From positions 1-11,818 of the forward strand of contig CAXXGJ010000003.1 in NCBI GenBank assembly GCA_963677895.2: a DNA stretch of 11,818 bases, given 5' to 3'. Below are positions 6,093-11,818 of this stretch, piece by piece. The first letter of the stretch is position 1; every line of letters begins with the position of its first letter. Position numbers and translations under genes: made by a program. The notes beneath the pieces were generated by a model, which saw only the letters and a program-made list of their open reading frames with translations, made no database searches and had not been told where the DNA came from. Origin of the DNA: Treponemataceae bacterium (lineage in GTDB: Bacteria > Spirochaetota > Spirochaetia > Treponematales > Rectinemataceae).

Positions 6093-7116
6093 ATGTTCTC
6101 AGGTAAAACTCTCTTGATCACTGGCGGTACCGGTTCTTTCGGCAATGCCGTCCTTAAGCGTTTTTTGTCGACTAATATCAAGGAAATCCGCATATTCTCC
6201 CGCGACGAAAAAAAGCAGGATGACATGCGCAAGCAGTACAAAGACGACAAGATAAAGTTTTATATAGGCGATGTACGCGACTATAACAGTATCGCTGGCG
6301 CCATGCATGGCGTCGATTATGTATTTTCCGCCGCTGCCTTGAAGCAAGTACCGTCTTGTGAATTCTTTCCGATGGAAGCTGTTCGTACCAATGTGATAGG
6401 TACCGATAATACCCTTACCGCCGCCGTGCAGCATGGGGTGAAGAAAGCTATCTGCCTTTCAACGGATAAAGCTGTCTACCCAATCAATGCGATGGGCATC
6501 TCCAAGGCGATGATGGAAAAAAATCATGGTTGCTAAGTCACGGACGGTGACAGCAGATAAAACAACAATCTGTGGGACTCGTTATGGCAATGTAATGGCT
6601 TCCCGAGGATCGGTTATTCCGCTTTTTGTTCAGCAGATCAAAAGTGGCCAGCCCCTTACGATTACCGATCCGAACATGACCCGTTACCTCATGTCGCTTG
6701 AAGATGCTGTAGAACTCGTTGTGTTTGCCTTTAAGAATGCTGTTCCCGGCGATATTTTTGTCCAGAAAGCCCCAGCATCGACAATTGCCGATCTTGCACA
6801 AGCGATAAAGGAACTTTTTAAGGCACCGAACGAAATTAAGGTGATCGGCACCAGGCATGGGGAAAAGCTACACGAGACCCTTCTCACGCGTGAGGAGATG
6901 GTTAAGGCGGAGGATCTGGGTGGTTATTATCGCATTCCCGCCGATACACGCGATCTAAATTACGACAAATATTTCGTGAATGGCGAAGAACAAATTTCCC
7001 GCGGCTGGGAGTATACCTCAGAAAACACGAAGCGCCTCGATGTGAATGGAGTCAAGGAGCTTCTTCGCAAGCTTGACTATATAAAAGAAGAACTTGCTTC
7101 CCTGGGACTGGCATAA
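6093..7116 (+). CDS. fnlA: UDP-GlcNAc 4,6-dehydratase/epimerase FnlA (CapE/WbjB); one apparent frameshift
   Basis: ITGGTGSFG, FSRDEKKQDDMR, AAALKQVPSCEFFP, LSTDKAVYPINAMGISKAMMEK, TRYGNVMASRGSVIP, GTRHGEKLHE and RDLNY. One extra A in the A7 run (6517-6523) splits the gene; SD AGGAG 6078-6082. Confidence 0.93.
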
Positions 7117-8230
7117 TGAGAACGGTTTTATTGACGGGCGCCGATGGCTTTATTGGGCGGAATCTTCGTACCTGTCTGGAGCGGCGAGATGATGTCCGGC
7201 TTATCTGTATCGATGTTGGAAACTCGAAAGAAGAATTGATTGCGGCGGCGATGGCGGCGGATTTCGTCATCCATCTTGCCGGCGTCAATCGACCCAAAGA
7301 TGTCTCTGAATTCGAGAGCGGCAACAAGGGACTTACCGAGGAGCTTGTCGAGCTTTTTTCTTCCCGTTATAAAAAGGTTCCTATTCTGATTTCTTCATCC
7401 ATCCAAGCAGCTCTTGATAATCCTTATGGGAAAAGCAAGTTGGGCGCCGAGGAAGCGATTCGTGACTACGCTGGCTTAACTGGTGCGTCTGTATTCATCT
7501 TTAGGCTTCCAAACGTGTTCGGAAAATGGTGCAGGCCAAACTACAATTCAGTCATTGCTACGTGGTGCTACAACACAACTCACAATCTTCCGATCCAGAT
7601 AAATGATCCCGCGGCAGAACTCCACCTGGTTTATATTGATGATGTTGCAGAGGCCTTTATATCAGCTCTTGATGGAAAGTTCTGCCCAGAGAACGACGGT
7701 TTCTGTCGCGTCAACCAGACATACAAGAGAAGCCTCGCAGAGATTGCGGGAATGCTGGAGTCCTTCGCGGCGAGTCGCAAGACTCTCGTAATGTCTTCTC
7801 TTGACGACAGATTTACTCGTGCGCTCTATGCGACCTGGCTTTCATATTTGCCTGAGCAGGAATTTAGTTACCCCCTTGAAATGAAACGGGACGATCGCGG
7901 CTGGCTCGCCGAGTTCATCAAGTCAACATCTTTGGCCAGGTTTTCGTGTCCAAAACAAAGCCGGGCATCACACGCGGGAATCATTGGCACCATACCAAGG
8001 TCGAGAAATTTCTCGTAATCTCAGGAGATGCGTTGATTAAGTTCAGAAAGATTGGTGACGAAAATGTATTGGAATATCCTGCATCGGGCGATGAGCTCCA
8101 CGTTGTGGATATACCTGTTGGCTATACCCACTCCATCACGAATATTGGGGAAACGGAACTTATAACACTTTTCTGGGCGGATGAAATATTCAATCCTGCC
8201 GCTCCTGATACTTATTTTTTAGGGGTCTAA
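7116..8230 (+). CDS. fnlB: FnlB (CapF/WbjC) SDR reductase plus C-terminal cupin epimerase; one apparent frameshift
   Basis: TGADGFIG, HLAGVNRPK, SSSIQAALDNPYGKSK, RLPNVFGKWCRPNYNS, then cupin TKPGITRGNHWHHTKVEKF and PDTYF. One missing T at 7931-7933 restores KSTSFGQVFVSKTKPG. TAATG coupling with fnlA. Confidence 0.92.
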
Positions 8231-8231
8231 A

Positions 8232-9365
8232 TTGGAAAAACTCAAAGTGATGACGATTCTTGGGACACGTCCTGAGATTATTCGTCTTTCGGAGTGCATC
8301 AAAGCTTGTGATCGTTACTTCAATCATATTCTTGTTCATACAGGGCAGAACTACGATTATACGCTCAACGAAATATTTTTTAAGGAACTGGAATTAAGAG
8401 CTCCTGATCACTACCTCAATGCTGTTGGTGCCCACCTTGGCGAGACTATGGGAAACATCATCGCAAAATCCTATGAAGTACTAAAAGCTGAAGCTCCTGA
8501 TGCGCTTCTCATTCTTGGAGACACGAATAGCGCTTTGTGCGCTATATCAGCAAAACGCTTAAAAATTCCTATTTTCCACATGGAAGCAGGGAATCGTTGC
8601 TTCGACCAAAATGTGCCTGAAGAAATTAACAGGAAGATTGTAGATCATATTAGCGATATCAACTTACCTTATACTGAGCATTCTAGGCGGTATCTTCTTT
8701 CGGAAGGTATACAAAAAGAACATATCTTTGTAACTGGTTCCCCCATGGCTGAGGTTTCTAGCAAAGAATAAAGAAAAGATAGAAGCAAGCAAAGTGCTCC
8801 AAGAGCTTGGCCTTGAGCCAGGAAAGTACATAATTGTCTCGGCGCATCGCGAAGAGAATATCGACAACGAAGAGCATTTTCTATCATTAATGAATGCTAT
8901 CAATAAGGTTGCTGAGGTATATAGAATTCCAGTAGTTTATTCGACGCACCCGAGGTCTTGGAAACGCATTGTTGAAAGAGGATTCAAATTCCATTCCTTG
9001 GTTAAACAGCTCAAACCATTCGGATTCTTCGATTATAACAAATTGCAAATGAATTCATCCTGCGTGCTTTCCGATTCTGGTACTCTCTCGGAAGAATCTG
9101 CTATGCTTGACTTCCCGCAGTATTGATTCGTACTTCCACCGAGAGACCAGAAGTACTTGATAAAGGGACTATGATTATTGGTGGGGTATCTGAAAATGAT
9201 ATTTTACTAGCAATTGACTTGAGCAAGAAAATGTATGAACGAAGTGAGGGGGAATATTTATCTATAGATTATTTTGATAAAAATGTTTCGGAAAAAGTAG
9301 TAAAGATTATACTTAGTTATGTGAAAGTAATTAATGAAACAATTTGGGCTAAACGTAATTACTAG
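8232..9365 (+). CDS. fnlC: FnlC (CapG/WbjD) non-hydrolysing UDP-HexNAc 2-epimerase; two apparent frameshifts
   Basis: GTRPEIIRLS, HTGQNYD, LGDTNS, FHMEAGNRCFD..VPEEINR, SAHREEN, STHPR, SDSGTLSEE and TERPE. An extra T at 8755-8757 and a missing C at 9114-9116 join three ORF pieces. Confidence 0.92.
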
Positions 9366-9696
9366 AGGCTCTTGCTTTCCTTAAAATCATTGACTTTATC
9401 ATTTTACTCTTTGCATGCAAGGAAAGATGGCATAGAATCTATACTATATTTAATAGTCCTATAATTATGCTATGAAGATATAATAAAAATCAGCTATTTT
9501 AGCAAAGTGGGAACTAAACAAATAAAACTTTATAGAAAGCTTGTCTACAAAAGAGTCCAGTAATGAAATAAAAATTAAATTTAAAGTGTATTGATATGAA
9601 ATTGAAAAAATATTCAATTTAGCAGTTAGGTAGATAGCTTATATTCAGAAAAAATAAAAGATGATAAAACCTGAGATGATATTAAGGAATATTTGA

Positions 9697-10756
9697 ATGA
9701 AAAAATATTTAAACACTAAGCCAAAAATTATGCATTATTACACAGATCCTATAAATGCAGGAGGACCATTAACTTATCTCCAGGGAATCTGTGAATCATC
9801 ACTTGTTGAAAAGTATGAATTCTCTGTTTGTTATCAGCAGAAGGCGGTGATGAAACTCACAGTAAGTGATTTTCGAAGGATAATTCGGGAAATAAAAACA
9901 TTTAATCCAGATATATTGCATGTGCATGGTCTTCAGGGGGAAGGTTTTGTAGGACTTATATGCGGAAAATTATCAGGCTGCAAACAAATATTGATGACTG
10001 TTCATGGAATGGAGTATGAAACGCAGACTAACTCAATTGCTCGCAAATTTATCTTTCGGTATATCATTGAGCCATATATATTGAGAAAAGCAGATATGGT
10101 TTATTGTGTATGCCACGATGCGGAGAAAAAGCGTATTATTCAGAAAAATGCAAGATATCTATATCCTTACATCCACAATTCTATCCCTGAAATAGTAAAG
10201 TTCTCGCAGAAGCCTAGAAGTGAGTTCGGTTTAGGAGATGAGGATATAATTGTCGTGGTGGTTGAAGGGTTACAGTCGAAAAAGGGATGAAAACTCTTGA
10301 GCAAATAATTATTCTATGTCCTGATTCACGTATTAAATTCCTTTTTATCGGAGAGGGAGATTATTTAAATAAGATGCGTTTGCGAATGAGGGATTGCCCT
10401 CGAGCTATCTTTGTCGGACAACAGAGGGATGTGGATCAGTATCTGTTAACAGCAGATATTTACTGCAGTATGTCTCTACATGAGAATATGTCAATCGCCC
10501 TCTTGGAAGCTTGTCGCGCTGGATTGCCATGTGTTGTTAGTGCGGTTGGAGACAATGCAGAAGCAGTTGTGAATGGTACTAGCGGGTATATTGTAGGGGT
10601 AGGAGATATTGAAGAAGCCCAAAAGCGATATGTTTACTTGCGGACGATAAGGGATTGCGAAAGAGGATGGGTGCAGCAGCGAAGAAGCACTTTTATGAGT
10701 GCTTCTCATATTCAAGCATGATAGCGATGCTAGATGGACTATATGGGAAATGTTAA
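9697..10756 (+). CDS. GT4-family (GT-B) glycosyltransferase; two apparent frameshifts
   Basis: N-terminal AGGP, PDILHVHG and TVHG. VGRVTVEKG is restored by one added G near 10264. SLHENMSIALLEA (EX7E) and GLPCVVSAVG follow. A second shift near 10618-10624 gives LLADDKGLRKRMGAAAK...LYGKC* (stop 10754-10756). Confidence 0.88.
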
Positions 10757-10785
10757 ACAACTACTGCACAAGGAATAACTAACGA

Positions 10786-11818
10786 ATGGTATTATATCTG
10801 ATAATATTGGTAGCTTTGATGCCTATATTTTCGATTCCAATTGTTGTGCAGGGAATTATCAAGGTTGATAAATATCGCTGGATATGTTTTGTTTGCTTAG
10901 CATTTATACTCGGGGTTGTTGCATATAATTTTAAAGTTGTTGATGGTCAGAATACGGATCTAGTACGTCACTATAAGAATATGGAAAGCGTACTTGCCTA
11001 TGGACCGGCTTCATATATGAAGAGTATTCATGATGAAGGGATTTTTTTATATTATTATTACCTTGCAATAATTGGTAAACTTGGTAACCCTCGATATTTA
11101 TCTTTTTTTTCGACTTTTATAACATACCTTATTCTTTTACGAATAATATATGTTTCCTCGAGAGAAAATAATGTACAAAAGCTTGGCCTTTATCAACATT
11201 ACTATATTTATTTGCTATTATTTATTTTCTTTCAGTTTGTTCTGGTATACGGCAAGTATTATCATTTTCTATTTTTATTATTGTCTTTTATTTGAATGTA
11301 GACCAAATACAGCAAAGATATTTCGAGTTTTGTGTTTTATAGTATACTTTCTTTTAGTGTTTTTTCATACCTCCATTATAATATTAGTATTATTAAGGTT
11401 TTTATTATTTTTGCCATCAAAAATAAAAAAGTACATCTTTATTTTCATGTTTTTTTGGACATTTTTATGGACAAGTGCGGCGAAATTGCTGATTTAAAAA
11501 GTGGATTTTGGGGAAGTTTTCTTAATGCGCTGATTAAATCTATATGGAGTATTCCAACACCACACCGTTATTCTTCTTGATATGGGTTTTTAACACGACC
11601 TTAGCGTTATCCATTTTATATTATATTAATAAATATATGAAGGCGTTTAAGGAAAAGTACAAACAGTAATATATTTTTTGCCTATATACTATTGCATTAA
11701 CTTTTGGCTGTATTGCATATTATACACCATTCAATAGATTCAGTCAGCTAAGTACGCTTTTAATGTTACCACTATTGCCTGCAGTTATTACTAATATGAA
11801 AGCAAGATATAAGTACCT
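10786..11818 (+). CDS. EpsG-family / Wzy-like polysaccharide polymerase, multi-pass membrane protein; several frameshifts, 3'-partial
   Basis: Very hydrophobic and AT-rich. TDLVRHY loop motif, SGIRQVLS (from 11241, in a third frame) and FFHTS (~11360-11374) are EpsG-type signatures. Fragments switch frames repeatedly from about 11175 onward. Confidence 0.65.

Noticed and set aside
5795..6106. Small ORFs 5795..6013 (-) and 5888..6106 (+)
   Set aside because: No clear SD or family motifs, and they overlap promoter and leader elements; probably spurious.
6517..6523. A7 tract in fnlA as a phase-variation or programmed frameshift site
   Set aside because: Similar one-base errors occur throughout the locus in runs of only 3-5 nt, so sequencing error is the simpler explanation.

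Overview
Bacterial chromosomal window with two compositionally distinct halves. The GC-rich left half (1-5760) carries an ECF sigma factor (minus strand, runs off the left edge and is absent from the ORF track) divergent from a secreted protein and its terminator. It continues with an AT-rich islet holding higA plus the last ~10 codons of higB, a class II aldolase with a divergent MtnA-family isomerase, and a minus-strand three-gene unit: AbiEi-like antitoxin, degenerate truncated AbiEii-like protein, HI0933/YhiN flavoprotein. The increasingly AT-rich right half is the start of a surface-polysaccharide locus: sigma70-type promoter, structured ~215-nt leader, fnlABC (UDP-L-FucNAc synthesis), a GT4 glycosyltransferase and an EpsG/Wzy-like polymerase. 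Many single-base frameshifts, mostly in homopolymers, look like assembly indels. The most notable observations are the possibly domesticated AbiE module with a leaderless promoter and palindromic operator, the orphan higA islet bounded by 8-bp direct repeats, the MtnA variant lacking the RGAP motif, and the multi-hairpin leader. All family calls come from motif recognition by eye; no searches were run.
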